A stretch of DNA of 64,000 nt from Phycisphaerae bacterium. Lineage in GTDB: Bacteria > Planctomycetota > Phycisphaerae > UBA1845. Positions 20,131 to 30,416 of the stretch are shown in pieces. The notes beneath the pieces were generated by a model. It saw only the letters and a program-made list of their open reading frames with translations. It was not told where the DNA came from and did no database searches. Positions within the stretch are counted from its first letter, which is position 1; every line of letters starts with the position of its first letter. Made by a program: the position numbers and the translations under genes. The stretch spans positions 672,001 to 736,000 of the forward strand of contig CAXXGO010000003.1 of the NCBI GenBank assembly GCA_963666835.2. Direction: 5' to 3'.

Positions 20131-21921
20131 TTGACAGGTAGCGAGATACCAAACACAACGGCCGGCGGGCCGAGCCCGGCTCTGGCCCTGCTTCGAGCCG
20201 TCGGGTCTCTTTGGTACGCGGCGGTCCTGCTCATGCTGTTGCTCGTCGGCATGGCGTACGCCACGGTTTTTGAGTCGCTGCACGGCACGGAGCGAGCCCT
20301 CGAAGAGTTCTATTATTCGCGGTGGTTCACTACGTTGATGGCTCTGCTGGCGGTGAATGTCGCGGCGGCAATGCTAATCCGGTTTCCGTTCAAGCGGCGC
20401 CAAACCGGATTCGTGGTCACGCATGTCTGCATTCTCGTTACCCTTGCCGGAGCGCTAATCACCTCGGAACTCGGCACCAACGGACGCATTTTCGTCGGCG
20501 AAGACCAGACCGTCGATGAGTTCACCGTCCGCGGGAAGAGCACTCTCTCGGTCTCCAGGGCGGGAGGCGGTGAAGCGCAGTCGATTGAACTGCGGGGGCG
20601 TAAGTTCCGGGGTTACGTGCCCGTGGATCATCCCTCGGCACCAACTCTGTCTCTGGGGGAGTTGCAGATCGAGATCGAACAGTATCTTCCGGACAGCGAC
20701 AACCGGACAAGCGTGACCAACACCGGTGATGCTTTTCGCCATGCCGTCGAGGTGTCACTTTCAGAATCGGGAACGGAAAGACCTACATGGGTGTTCGCCG
20801 GTCGTCCCGACCGAATCGAAGGGCTCACGATCGAGTATCGCCTGGTCGACGATTCCGACGAGGCTAAACGCGTGCTGGCTCGGCCGGTACACGGGGTCTC
20901 CGCCGGTGGATTGTTGGCAATAGAACATCAGGGCATTACTCATCGGATTCCGCTCGCTGACGCGCTCCGTGCGGCGGTCCCTGTTTCAGACACCGGGTAC
21001 ACCGCCGAAGTTCTGCACTACTACCCGCACGCGACCGTCGGGGCAGACAAGAAGCTCGTCAACGCTTCCGACCGACCGGAGAACCCGGCGGTGCAGGTTG
21101 AATTGGTGTCCGGCGACCAGCGCGAGACCCACATCGCATTCGCCAACTACCCCCAATTCAAATCTCTTCACGGTCATTCCGCGCCCGGCACCTTCAACGT
21201 GACGTTTACCGCACCGAGTTCCGCAACCGCTGACATGCCAATCGAGGTCGTCGGCACTCCCACCGGGGAGTTGTTCGTGCGCTTCTGCGCGGACGGAGCT
21301 CAGTTGTTTACCGAGCAGTTGGCCGTGGGAACTGCCGTGGACTCACCATGGCCCGGTTTGCAGTTTTCCGTGTTGCGGCACTTTGACCACGCTACGGTCG
21401 ACTCGATCGTAGTTCCTCGGGAGTTGCGTAGCGAAGCTCGCATCCCAGCACTAATGTTGCGAGTGAGCACGGCCGACGAGGAAGTCCGGACCGGAGTGCA
21501 GAAGTACGACGAGCGCAAGCGGGTCACGATCGGCGGCGTAAGTTACGGGCTCAGCTACACGGATCAGGAGCTCCCGTTGGGCTACTCCCTGAAACTGGAC
21601 AGGTTCCACCTCGGCACCTACCCGGGCAGCTCGAAACCACGGTCTTTTGAAAGCCACGTTACGTTGACGGATCCGTCCTCCGGCGGACTCGAGAGTCGGA
21701 TAGTCAGCATGAACCACCCGGTCACGTTCGGCGGGTACGATCTGTTTCAATCAAGCTATCAGTTTTCGGGGGGGCAGGCGTACAGCCTCTTGAGCGTCTC
21801 GCATGATCCCGGCCGGCCGATCGTGTTTGCCGGATACATCGGAACGCTGATTGGAATGGTCATCGTGTTGGGAACCCGCATGGCCGAGCACCGCCGGAAA
21901 CAACGGTACGCCGGCTCCTAG
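20131..21921 (+). CDS. resB: Cytochrome c biogenesis protein ResB/Ccs1 (system II)
   Basis: GGAGG then TTG 20131 (start uncertain; ORF open from 20080); FYYSRWF, TH (TM His), SMNHP...GYDLFQSSY, SVSHDPG..IVFAGY. Confidence 0.85.
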   Translation: MTGSEIPNTTAGGPSPALALLRAVGSLWYAAVLLMLLLVGMAYATVFESLHGTERALEEFYYSRWFTTLMALLAVNVAAAMLIRFPFKRRQTGFVVTHVCILVTLAGALITSELGTNGRIFVGEDQTVDEFTVRGKSTLSVSRAGGGEAQSIELRGRKFRGYVPVDHPSAPTLSLGELQIEIEQYLPDSDNRTSVTNTGDAFRHAVEVSLSESGTERPTWVFAGRPDRIEGLTIEYRLVDDSDEAKRVLARPVHGVSAGGLLAIEHQGITHRIPLADALRAAVPVSDTGYTAEVLHYYPHATVGADKKLVNASDRPENPAVQVELVSGDQRETHIAFANYPQFKSLHGHSAPGTFNVTFTAPSSATADMPIEVVGTPTGELFVRFCADGAQLFTEQLAVGTAVDSPWPGLQFSVLRHFDHATVDSIVVPRELRSEARIPALMLRVSTADEEVRTGVQKYDERKRVTIGGVSYGLSYTDQELPLGYSLKLDRFHLGTYPGSSKPRSFESHVTLTDPSSGGLESRIVSMNHPVTFGGYDLFQSSYQFSGGQAYSLLSVSHDPGRPIVFAGYIGTLIGMVIVLGTRMAEHRRKQRYAGS

Positions 21922-21943
21922 CTCCAGAATCGTACGAGGGTAA

Positions 21944-23743
21944 GTGATGACGCACTCCGCAATAGTGTTCTTCCTGATCGCGGCCGCGGCGCCGGCGCAG
22001 AACCCCGGTGAATTCGGCACTCTCGACCTGAGCGGCATCCGGGGACTAACGGTCCAGCATGACGGGCGATGGATGCCGCTCGACACCGTTGCGCGGGACA
22101 TCGTCTCCAAGATCTCCGAATCAGAGTTCTTCGATGGGAAGGATCCCGTACACTGGCTGCTCGAATGGACCTTCGACCCGCAGGCTGGAATGGCCCAGCC
22201 GGTCATCACGCTCGCCAACGCCGAGTTGCGGCGCGAGCTTCGGCTTTCCCCAACTCAGACGGTCTTTTCGTTCAACGAACTTGCGAACCACGAGCCTCTG
22301 CGAGAGCTGATCGACGCCCTCGCCCACCGAAGTCGGCAAGGCAAACTGGATCCACTGGAGTCCAAAGTAGTGGAGATCAGAGGTCGATTGCTGACTCTAC
22401 GGGACGTCTTCGCCGGTGACGTCATCAACATGATCCCCGACCCGGACGACGCTTTCGGCGCGTGGATGCCCGTACCGCACGCCGGCCATCCGACCGGGAG
22501 CCAACCACTGGCGAGCGCCTGGAAGGCGCTGGGGGACGCGTTTCTGGCCAACGACTCAGCAGCCTTCAACGAAGCGTCAGCTCGGGTATCGGCAGAGGCC
22601 GCCGCTCTCCCGGCAGCACACCGCCCTGATCCAGCCAGAATCGCGACGGAGCTTCGCTACAACATCCTCAACCCGTTCCGCAAGTCCTGGATGATCATGA
22701 GCGGCGGCGCTCTTTTGGCCCTGATCGCCATGCTGGCTAAACGGAAGTGGATCGACGGCCTAGCCATCCTGGCGCTGATTGCCGGATTCGCAACGATCAG
22801 CTACGGATTGTCCTTACGTTGGGTCATCGCCGGGCGCATCCCCGCGGCGAACATGTACGAATCCCTGCTGTTTCTGGGTTGGGGGATGGGCGCTTTTGCG
22901 ATCATAGCGATGCTGGCCCTGCACCATCGAAGCGTCCCGTTGACCGCATCGGTCATGGGTGCATTGTCGCTGTTTTTGGCTGACATACTCCCGCTCGACC
23001 CCATGGTGCGTACCATCGTTCCGGTACTGAGAGACACGGTGTGGATGTCGATCCACGTACCGATCATCATGGTGTCATACTCCGTGTTGGCTCTGGCCGC
23101 CCTGTTGGCGCACGTTCAACTGGTGGTCATGGCGCTCATCCCCCACCGGAAGGACTATGCCAGGTCCATCGACTCGCTGCACTATTGGCACATCCACGTA
23201 GGTTCGCTTCTCCTGCTGGCCGGGATCATGACGGGGAGTATGTGGGGGGCATCATCATGGGGACGGTATTGGGGGTGGGATCCGAAAGAGGTCTGGTCGC
23301 TGATCGCCTTCGTCGGTTACCTGGCAATCCTCCACGTCCGGGTGGATCATTCCAGGGTGCCTCGTGGGGGCTTTGTCATCGCAAGCGTAGTGGTCGCGGC
23401 CGTGTTCGTGATTATCGCCAATAAGATGAGTCCTTTGACACCCTGGCGGCTCGCGGCCTGTGGGGGAACGTGTGCCGCTGTGATGTTCTTCGTGCTAGCC
23501 CGCGGCCCCCTTGCGACAGCAATCAAGAGCATCGCCTGCTTCTGGCTGATCATCATGACGTACCTCGGGGTCAACTACGTTCTCGGCACCGGATTGCACA
23601 GCTACGGGTTCGGCACCGGGGCTATGACCAAATGGCTGTTTCTGATCGGGGAGATTGATTTGGGACTGATCGCCCTACTTGCGATAATCTACCTGGCCGG
23701 GCGTCGCGCGAAGCCCCTTGAGAGTGTCGCCGCAACACCGTGA
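21944..23743 (+). CDS. ccsA: Cytochrome c biogenesis protein CcsA/ResC (system II heme lyase)
   Basis: VQHDGRWMPLDT, PAANMYES, PVLRDTVWMSIHV, WWD domain WGRYWGWDPKEVW, YLGVNY..GLHSYG. Confidence 0.93.
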   Translation: MMTHSAIVFFLIAAAAPAQNPGEFGTLDLSGIRGLTVQHDGRWMPLDTVARDIVSKISESEFFDGKDPVHWLLEWTFDPQAGMAQPVITLANAELRRELRLSPTQTVFSFNELANHEPLRELIDALAHRSRQGKLDPLESKVVEIRGRLLTLRDVFAGDVINMIPDPDDAFGAWMPVPHAGHPTGSQPLASAWKALGDAFLANDSAAFNEASARVSAEAAALPAAHRPDPARIATELRYNILNPFRKSWMIMSGGALLALIAMLAKRKWIDGLAILALIAGFATISYGLSLRWVIAGRIPAANMYESLLFLGWGMGAFAIIAMLALHHRSVPLTASVMGALSLFLADILPLDPMVRTIVPVLRDTVWMSIHVPIIMVSYSVLALAALLAHVQLVVMALIPHRKDYARSIDSLHYWHIHVGSLLLLAGIMTGSMWGASSWGRYWGWDPKEVWSLIAFVGYLAILHVRVDHSRVPRGGFVIASVVVAAVFVIIANKMSPLTPWRLAACGGTCAAVMFFVLARGPLATAIKSIACFWLIIMTYLGVNYVLGTGLHSYGFGTGAMTKWLFLIGEIDLGLIALLAIIYLAGRRAKPLESVAATP

Positions 23744-23799
23744 CCCTCGCCTGCTCCGGTCGAAGGGTCTGAGAAAACGCGATTGCTTCTGAAGACGGG

Positions 23800-24213
23800 C
23801 TACGAGTGCTGTACGAGGACGACGTTGTCGGGCAGAAACGCAATCGCCGCGGCAACTTCTTCCCAGGGAGGATCGCTGGGGCCAACGTCGAATCGAGGCA
23901 GGAGAGTCCTTGCATCTCCCACCAGCCTGCCCAACTCCCGGCCGCTCCGAGCGACGATATCGAGATTGACCCCGGACCACTGGTACTGCTTGATGGGAAA
24001 CGAAAGCACACCCGGGCGGACTTCGTGTACGTGGTTGCCCCTTGAGGTAAGCAATCGCCCAAGATCGCCCTCGATGTTGTGATACTGTTGAGCAGCCTCC
24101 AGGGCCAACCCTGAGTCCATAATCGCCATGCCGTCGTCGGTTGTCGCCCCGGTCGTCGGAATGCACCGCCACTCGGCAGGCTCAATCCAGAGATTGCATG
24201 CTTTCTCAATCAT
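23800..24213 (-). CDS. Divergent macrodomain (ADP-ribose-binding-like) protein
   Basis: NLW..AEWRCIPTTG...DGMAIMDSGLALEAAQQY, GNHV, SFPIK..W, LLPR....WEEV; matches the layout of small stand-alone macrodomains. Confidence 0.55.
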   Translation of the reverse strand: MIEKACNLWIEPAEWRCIPTTGATTDDGMAIMDSGLALEAAQQYHNIEGDLGRLLTSRGNHVHEVRPGVLSFPIKQYQWSGVNLDIVARSGRELGRLVGDARTLLPRFDVGPSDPPWEEVAAAIAFLPDNVVLVQHS

Positions 24214-24709
24214 GTCCTCATCCGTATCGACGACCACGGCCCCACGCGGGTAACTACGCGTTAGTTATCGGCAATGACATGCCCACGGCTTTGCTAACCC
24301 GGACACATCCCCGGAAGCCCGCTCTGCGGCACCCGCCCAGATGTGCGGGCTAACTGAGAACACCCGTATTATCAGCCCTTTGGCAGCGGGTCAAACCACC
24401 CCGGCGTTCATCGCGAGCACGGAATCCGCAAGTGAGACCAACGTCGCAAGCCGAGAACGTGCAGAAACCGTGGAAATCCAATCCGGGAGTTCTTCCGGCG
24501 TAGTACTTCCGCAACCCACTCCTCCATACCCCCCTATTCTCACGACACCGGGAAAACCAGTAAACCTGCGGAGCAATCCCGGCCCGCCTTCTGTCTGGCG
24601 TGCCGCCACACGGCCCGCAAACGTAGCCCGCAGAGTCCAACCGCGCGCCACGGATATCCGAGATTATCTTCTTTGGTGAGACGCGAAAACTCGCGGGACC
24701 GTTTGCACC

Positions 24710-24737
24710 TCAACCGGCCGACGCGATAAGCCGAAGA
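24710..24737 (+). promoter_or_regulatory. Candidate sigma28 promoter for the che operon
   Basis: TCAAC-N15-GCCGAAGA about 315 bp upstream of cheA. Confidence 0.35.
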
Positions 24738-25052
24738 GATGCCAAGTGTCGACAGGGTTCGCCCTCGTCAATACTGGTGTCGGGGCCTTCGAGACGAATC
24801 GGGGTGGAGAAGATGTGCGAGCGGTGATGCCCGCGACCGTACATCAGGGGATAACCCAGTTCCGAGTCCGGTCCGCGAGATGTGGGTCCAGACGCCGTAT
24901 TCGCTTCGAACAGCTCCCGGTCCCACTACGCGTCGGCTAAAGTCAGCGCGGGCAGAACGTCCCTTGGAATCGACACGATTAGTCAATCGGTCCTGTGCGT
25001 CGACCAGGCTTCGTCGGCGCGCGAGTACAACACAGAACGCTGGGGATCCCCG

Positions 25053-27590
25053 ATGACCAAAGAAGATGGTAACCCTCGAACACTTGAGGATCTGCTCGCT
25101 GAGCTACGGCGTCGCCTCCGAACCGTAGCTGCCGACGATTTGAGCGGACTGGCCAAGATGCACGGCATTTGCGAAACCGTCATCGAGAAGAACTCCCTTG
25201 CGGATGACGATGCAAGTTCGCGGATCTGCGATCTTGCCCGAACGATAGGAACGACCCTGGAGGCCCTAATCCTCGGAGAGTCCGAAGACGCCGCAGCGAG
25301 CTTAGCCTCGATAGGTGTGAACTTGGAGGCATTGACGGAGGTAGCAGCCACCAAGGCACCGGCGGCAACCGGTGATGAGGAACACCCAGAACCCTCCGCG
25401 GCGGCGCCAGTTGAACTAACCGACCAAGAGGTTGGCGCCAGACTGGACGCCGTGCTCGACACGACAGAGGATTCGGAGTCGACTGCGGCCGCAGGCGAAA
25501 GTACGGCTTCCGATCACCAGGCGGAGGAGTCCGCCGGCGTTCAGGAAGGGGCATTAACCGCGAGCACCGAAGGAGCATTCCCGGAGGAGCCCGAGCCGTA
25601 CCAAGCCGAACCTCTAGTAATCCAGGCCGGGGAAAGTGAATTCGTAAACGGGTTTCTTGAAGAAGCCCGCGAACATCTCGAAGCCATCGAAACGGCTCTG
25701 CTCGAAGTAGAGAACGCCCCAGACGACCCGGAGAAGATAGACTCTCTGTTTCGTCCGTTCCACACCATCAAGGGCATGGCCGGTTTCCTTAATCTCCGGG
25801 ACATTAACTGCCTCACTCACGAGGTTGAGACGCTCCTCGACCAGGGACGCAAGGGGAAACGTCCGGTGACTCCGGGCTTGATCGACATCGTCTTTGACGT
25901 GGTGGACATTCTCAAGGTCCAAATCGCGGCAATTGCCAATTGGATTGCCAACCCCGAAGGCGACACCATCCCGCAGCCACCGGTGGCGGAGATGATCGGC
26001 CGCCTGCGGAACGTAGTCTCCGGCCGAACTGAACTGGAAGGGCGCGAGCCAACCAGCGGAGCAGCCGACCAGAAGGTGGGCGAGAACCTCGTCGATCAAG
26101 GAGCCGTACCCAAAGAGGTGGTCGATTTCGCCGTCCAGAGCCAGCAAGCCGGCGAAGACGACAAGAAAGTCGGCGAGATTCTCGTCGGTATGGGCGCAAC
26201 CTCTGCCAAACAGGTCAGTCAGGCCTTGCGGCCACAGCAAAAAACACCGGCTGCACCGTCGGGCATAATCAAAGAGCAAGCAGCCCTAGCCGATCAGTCG
26301 ATTCGCATTGACACTGCCAAGCTGGATGGACTAGTCGACATGGTCGGAGAGTTGGTGATTGCTCAGACCCTGGTCGGCGCGAGCCCCCACATCAGTACCG
26401 ATGCGAAGCTCAGCAAGAACGTCGCTCACGCCGGGAAGATCGTGCGTGATGTACAGGAAATGGCCATGTCGATGCGGATGATCCCCATCGGCTCGACATT
26501 TCAGAAGATGGCTCGCCTGGTACGCGACGTCTCCCGTAAGGCGGGCAAGCAAGTTCAACTGAGCATCTCCGGCGAGGATACCGAGTTGGATAAGACGGTA
26601 ATCCAGCAGATCGGTGATCCGCTGGTGCACATGGTGCGCAATGCCGTGGATCACGGGATCGAGTCGGCAGATGGGCGACGGGCCGCGGGCAAACCCGAAA
26701 CGGGCCAGGTCCATCTTGGCGCGTTCCATCAAGGTGGGAACATCGTAATTGAGATCCGTGATGATGGACAAGGTCTCGACCCGGAACTGTTGAAAGCCAA
26801 GGCAATAGACAAGGGAGTCATCAGCCCACACGACGATCTGACCGACCAACAGGCCTACGGATTGATCTTCGCACCGGGCTTCTCCACCGCCGCGCAGGTA
26901 ACGGACATCTCCGGTCGCGGCGTGGGCATGGACGTCGTCAAACGGAACATCGAACAGCTTCGCGGCAAGGTAGAAATAACCTCGACAAAGGGTAAGGGGA
27001 CGACTTTCTGGATCCGCTTACCATTGACCTTGGCGATCATCGACGGAATGATCGTACGCGTTGGTTCAGAGCGTTTCATACTGCAAACCATCGGCGTCGA
27101 GCAGTCACTGCGGCCCAGGCCCGAGCAGATCACCAAGGTCCAGGACAAAGGCGAGATTCTCAATGTGCGCGGGCGCCTCATTCCACTGCTACAACTGGGG
27201 GCCATGTTCGGATACTCCAAGCGAGTCGACCCGTGCAAGGCGATGATCATAATCGCCAACAGTGATGATCAGCAGATCGGCCTGGTGGTGGACGAACTGA
27301 TCGGACAGCAGCAGGTAGTCATAAAACCGCTCGGCCGGCAGTTTGAGAGTCTCCGCGGAATCTCCGGGTCTGCCATCCTGGGGGACGGTCGGGTCGGTCT
27401 TATTCTGGAAATGACGGGGCTTTTGGCCCTGCACAATGAATGGCAAGTGCCGCCCATAGAAGCCGAAGTGCCCGATCCGACGCCGGCTGCAGAGTCCTTT
27501 GACACGGAGATTTCGGATCACGAGGAAATGGACAATACGACGGACGTAGAGGGCGAAGCGTTTCCGGAAGAAGCTGCGGCCCTTACATAG
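25053..27590 (+). CDS. cheA: Chemotaxis histidine kinase CheA with N-terminal extension and MshEN-like insert
   Basis: HPt LFRPFHTIKG, P3 IRIDTAKLDGLVDMVGELVI, HMVRNAVDHG, GFSTA..SGRGVGMDVV, CheW-like C-terminal domain. Confidence 0.96.
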   Translation: MTKEDGNPRTLEDLLAELRRRLRTVAADDLSGLAKMHGICETVIEKNSLADDDASSRICDLARTIGTTLEALILGESEDAAASLASIGVNLEALTEVAATKAPAATGDEEHPEPSAAAPVELTDQEVGARLDAVLDTTEDSESTAAAGESTASDHQAEESAGVQEGALTASTEGAFPEEPEPYQAEPLVIQAGESEFVNGFLEEAREHLEAIETALLEVENAPDDPEKIDSLFRPFHTIKGMAGFLNLRDINCLTHEVETLLDQGRKGKRPVTPGLIDIVFDVVDILKVQIAAIANWIANPEGDTIPQPPVAEMIGRLRNVVSGRTELEGREPTSGAADQKVGENLVDQGAVPKEVVDFAVQSQQAGEDDKKVGEILVGMGATSAKQVSQALRPQQKTPAAPSGIIKEQAALADQSIRIDTAKLDGLVDMVGELVIAQTLVGASPHISTDAKLSKNVAHAGKIVRDVQEMAMSMRMIPIGSTFQKMARLVRDVSRKAGKQVQLSISGEDTELDKTVIQQIGDPLVHMVRNAVDHGIESADGRRAAGKPETGQVHLGAFHQGGNIVIEIRDDGQGLDPELLKAKAIDKGVISPHDDLTDQQAYGLIFAPGFSTAAQVTDISGRGVGMDVVKRNIEQLRGKVEITSTKGKGTTFWIRLPLTLAIIDGMIVRVGSERFILQTIGVEQSLRPRPEQITKVQDKGEILNVRGRLIPLLQLGAMFGYSKRVDPCKAMIIIANSDDQQIGLVVDELIGQQQVVIKPLGRQFESLRGISGSAILGDGRVGLILEMTGLLALHNEWQVPPIEAEVPDPTPAAESFDTEISDHEEMDNTTDVEGEAFPEEAAALT

Positions 27591-27603
27591 GAGATAACCT
27601 CCG

Positions 27604-28116
27604 ATGGAAACCACCGTGGAAGCTCCGGCAGCGACCCCGGCCGACAATGTCGCTGCCGACCTGAGCGGAAAGTACCTGACCTTCCGCTTGGCCGACGAGG
27701 AATACGGACTTGAAATCCTAAGAGTCCGCGAAATCATCGGCGTGATGGATATCACCCGAGTCCCGCAGACCCGCCCGTTCGTAGAAGGGGTCATCAACCT
27801 GCGCGGTAAAGTCATCCCAGTGGTCAATCTCCGGGTCAAGTTTGGCTTGCCCCGAGCAGAGTACACCGAAGAAACTTGCACAATTGTTGTCGATGTCGGA
27901 GAGTTGATGGGTATCATTGTGGATACCGTCGAAGAGGTCCATGACATTTCTGCGCAGGACATTGAACCGCCGCCGCGAATGAATGGGACTGTCGAAACAG
28001 GGTTCATCCTCGGTATGGGTAAGGTCGACGATGACGTGAAGATGCTGCTGGACATCGCCGAAGTTCTGACTTCCGAGGAGTTGGTGGTAGCCGAGCCGGC
28101 CGCCGCGTTATGCTGA
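27604..28116 (+). CDS. cheW: Chemotaxis coupling protein CheW
   Basis: KYLTF.L..EEYG, GVINLRGKVIPV, GIIVDTV. Confidence 0.96.
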   Translation: METTVEAPAATPADNVAADLSGKYLTFRLADEEYGLEILRVREIIGVMDITRVPQTRPFVEGVINLRGKVIPVVNLRVKFGLPRAEYTEETCTIVVDVGELMGIIVDTVEEVHDISAQDIEPPPRMNGTVETGFILGMGKVDDDVKMLLDIAEVLTSEELVVAEPAAALC

Positions 28117-28162
28117 TCCGCGTGCGTTTCGTCTTTTGAAACCCAAGCGAGCCGGGTACGTC

Positions 28163-28639
28163 ATGCAGCAGGTTGTCGACATCGCGGACATCCAGGTTTC
28201 AAGCGATCCCCGGGTCACCCTGATCACCTACTCTCTGGGTAGCTGTATCGGCGTGACTATTTGGGATCCCCAAGTCCGGGTGGGCGGCATGATCCATTAC
28301 ATGCTCCCGGAAGCGTCTCTTTCGCCGGAGAAAGCGGAAGCGATCCCCGGAATGTTTGCTGACAGCGGAATCCCGCGGCTCTTTCGCGCCGCTTACGGAC
28401 TCGGCGCAACGAAGAAGAACTTGATCGTCAAGGTCGCCGGCGGATCGCAGTTGTTGGATGACAAGGGCACCTTCAACATCGGTAAACGCAATTATGTTAT
28501 GCTCCGTAAGATCTTCTGGAAGAACGGGATTCTTATTGACTCCGAGGACGTCGGTGGTTCCGTGAGTCGCACGCTGACGTTGGACATCGGCACCGGCGCA
28601 GTCGTCGTGCGAATCCGGCGAGAGGAGGTGCGATTATGA
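28163..28639 (+). CDS. cheD: Chemoreceptor glutamine deamidase CheD
   Basis: LGSCIGV, GGMIHYMLP, KVAGG, IGKRN, EDVGG..SR. Confidence 0.95.
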   Translation: MQQVVDIADIQVSSDPRVTLITYSLGSCIGVTIWDPQVRVGGMIHYMLPEASLSPEKAEAIPGMFADSGIPRLFRAAYGLGATKKNLIVKVAGGSQLLDDKGTFNIGKRNYVMLRKIFWKNGILIDSEDVGGSVSRTLTLDIGTGAVVVRIRREEVRL

Positions 28640-29526
28640 ACAGCACAGAAACCGCTCGGGGAATCGCGGACCGAGTCAGGACTCTGCCGGCGCTTCCCGA
28701 TACTGCGTTGCGGCTTATGGAGGTCATTAACAATCCACGCAGCACCGTTGACCAAATAGTCGACGTGATCAAGTACGATCAAGCCGTGACCGGTGAAGTG
28801 CTTAGACTCTGCAACTCCGCGTTCTTCGGGTTAGCCCGTAAGGTGGAATCGCTGAACGACGCCATGAAGTGCCTGGGCACGGTGAAAGTGCTTCAGCTTG
28901 TTATGTCGGTACACACCAACGCGATTCTCTCGCAGAAGCAGACGGGCTACGGACTCGAGCCGGGCGTCCTCTGGCGGCATTCCGTAGCCGTCGCCCTGGG
29001 GTCGTCCATGTTTGCCGGCCACCTGAAGCTTCCAAATATCAGTCTTGCCTTCACCGCCGGACTTCTTCACGATGTGGGAAAGACGATCCTAAACGAGTAT
29101 GTTGCTGAGGAGTACGGCGAGATTATCCGCCTGGTTACTGAAGAACGTCGCTCGTTCACGGAGGCGGAACATCAGGTGCTGGGATGCTCCCACGAGGAAG
29201 TCGGAGCGTTAGTAGGAGAGCGGTGGGATCTGCCGGACGCCATTGTCAAGTGTATTCGCTATCACCATGAGCCCGCGGCCTTGGATCCGCCGGATTCGCT
29301 GGTAGATGCCGTCTACCTGGCAAACAGCGTCTGCCTGCTTCTGGGCATAGGATTGGGGGAGGACGGATTATCGTATCGTGCCGACGATGCGGTTATGGAG
29401 CGTCACGGTCTCAAAGAGAGCGACCTTCAGGCTTTCGGAGCGCAGACGGTCGTCGAATTGAAGCGGGTTGAAAAGAGCTTTTCTGATGTCGGAACGGCCA
29501 ATCACTGCCAGACCCCGGCAAGCTAG
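28636..29526 (+). CDS. HDOD domain protein
   Basis: LPALP, D..VT..VLRLCNSAFFG, LWRHS, AGLLHDVGK, HEEVG, IRYHH. Confidence 0.92.
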   Translation: MNSTETARGIADRVRTLPALPDTALRLMEVINNPRSTVDQIVDVIKYDQAVTGEVLRLCNSAFFGLARKVESLNDAMKCLGTVKVLQLVMSVHTNAILSQKQTGYGLEPGVLWRHSVAVALGSSMFAGHLKLPNISLAFTAGLLHDVGKTILNEYVAEEYGEIIRLVTEERRSFTEAEHQVLGCSHEEVGALVGERWDLPDAIVKCIRYHHEPAALDPPDSLVDAVYLANSVCLLLGIGLGEDGLSYRADDAVMERHGLKESDLQAFGAQTVVELKRVEKSFSDVGTANHCQTPAS

Positions 29527-29540
29527 TAGGAGTTGCGACG

Positions 29541-29966
29541 ATGGCCCGGGACATTCTGCTTGTAGATGACTCGGCAACGATCCGTTCGATGGTCAAACGG
29601 ACCATCCAAATGATCGGCCTGGACGTGGGAGATATTCACGAGGCCCGCAATGGCATCGAGGCCCTGGCCTGCCTGGAGGACTACGATATCGCAGTTCTGC
29701 TTGTCGACATCAATATGCCAACGATGAATGGGATCCAGTTACTCACGCGCATGAAAGACAACGCTCGACTCAAGGACATCCCTATCGTTATTGCCTCCAC
29801 CGAAGGCAGCGAACAGAGAATTCAACAACTTTCGGATCTCGGAGTGTCCGGCTACGTTCGCAAGCCGTTCCAGCCCGAACAGCTACGCGACGTCCTGACG
29901 CCCATACTCGGAGTATTAGAAAATGCCGGAACAGAGAACAGCTACACTGACGACGATCTTTTCTGA
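29541..29966 (+). CDS. cheY: CheY-like response regulator
   Basis: LLVDDS, DINMP, ASTEG, YVRKPF. Confidence 0.85.
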   Translation: MARDILLVDDSATIRSMVKRTIQMIGLDVGDIHEARNGIEALACLEDYDIAVLLVDINMPTMNGIQLLTRMKDNARLKDIPIVIASTEGSEQRIQQLSDLGVSGYVRKPFQPEQLRDVLTPILGVLENAGTENSYTDDDLF

Positions 29967-30393
29967 CGTCCTGGCCGACCTTGCCTTCATGTTCAATGAT
30001 GACAGCGACGAGGTTCAGTACTCGTCGGATGAACTATGGCTCGAGAGCTCCGTCAGCTACCGGGGGGTCGCCGCCGGGACCTTACGCCTTCGTTGCACAC
30101 GGACCTTCTCTGTGACCCTTGCCGCCAATCTTCTGGGAGTCGACCCGACCGATATTGACTCCGACGCCAAGGCGGACGATGCGGTCAAGGAATTCATGAA
30201 CATCGTCTGCGGTCAGCTCATTACCGCGTTGCACGGAACGGAGCACGTGTTCGACCTGACAATCCCCGAAATCCACGTACTACCCGAAATGCCCGACATG
30301 GAAGACGAAGGAACGGGGGAGACCGTGGCCATCACGGTCGAGGGACAGCAACTTCAGTTGGCCTACCTGGCGGGAGACGCCCCTCGGGAGTAA
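29923..30393 (+). CDS. cheX: CheX/CheC-like phosphatase
   Basis: LAANLLG, DAVKEFMNIVCG (E-x2-N), FDLTIP; overlaps the preceding cheY. Confidence 0.75.
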   Translation: MPEQRTATLTTIFSDVLADLAFMFNDDSDEVQYSSDELWLESSVSYRGVAAGTLRLRCTRTFSVTLAANLLGVDPTDIDSDAKADDAVKEFMNIVCGQLITALHGTEHVFDLTIPEIHVLPEMPDMEDEGTGETVAITVEGQQLQLAYLAGDAPRE

Positions 30394-30416
30394 TCCGCGG
30401 GCAGAGGAGTTCGGGG

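Noticed and set aside
24739..25056. 105-aa ORF overlapping the cheA start
   Set aside because: Arg-rich, no RBS or recognisable motif; treated as untranslated leader.
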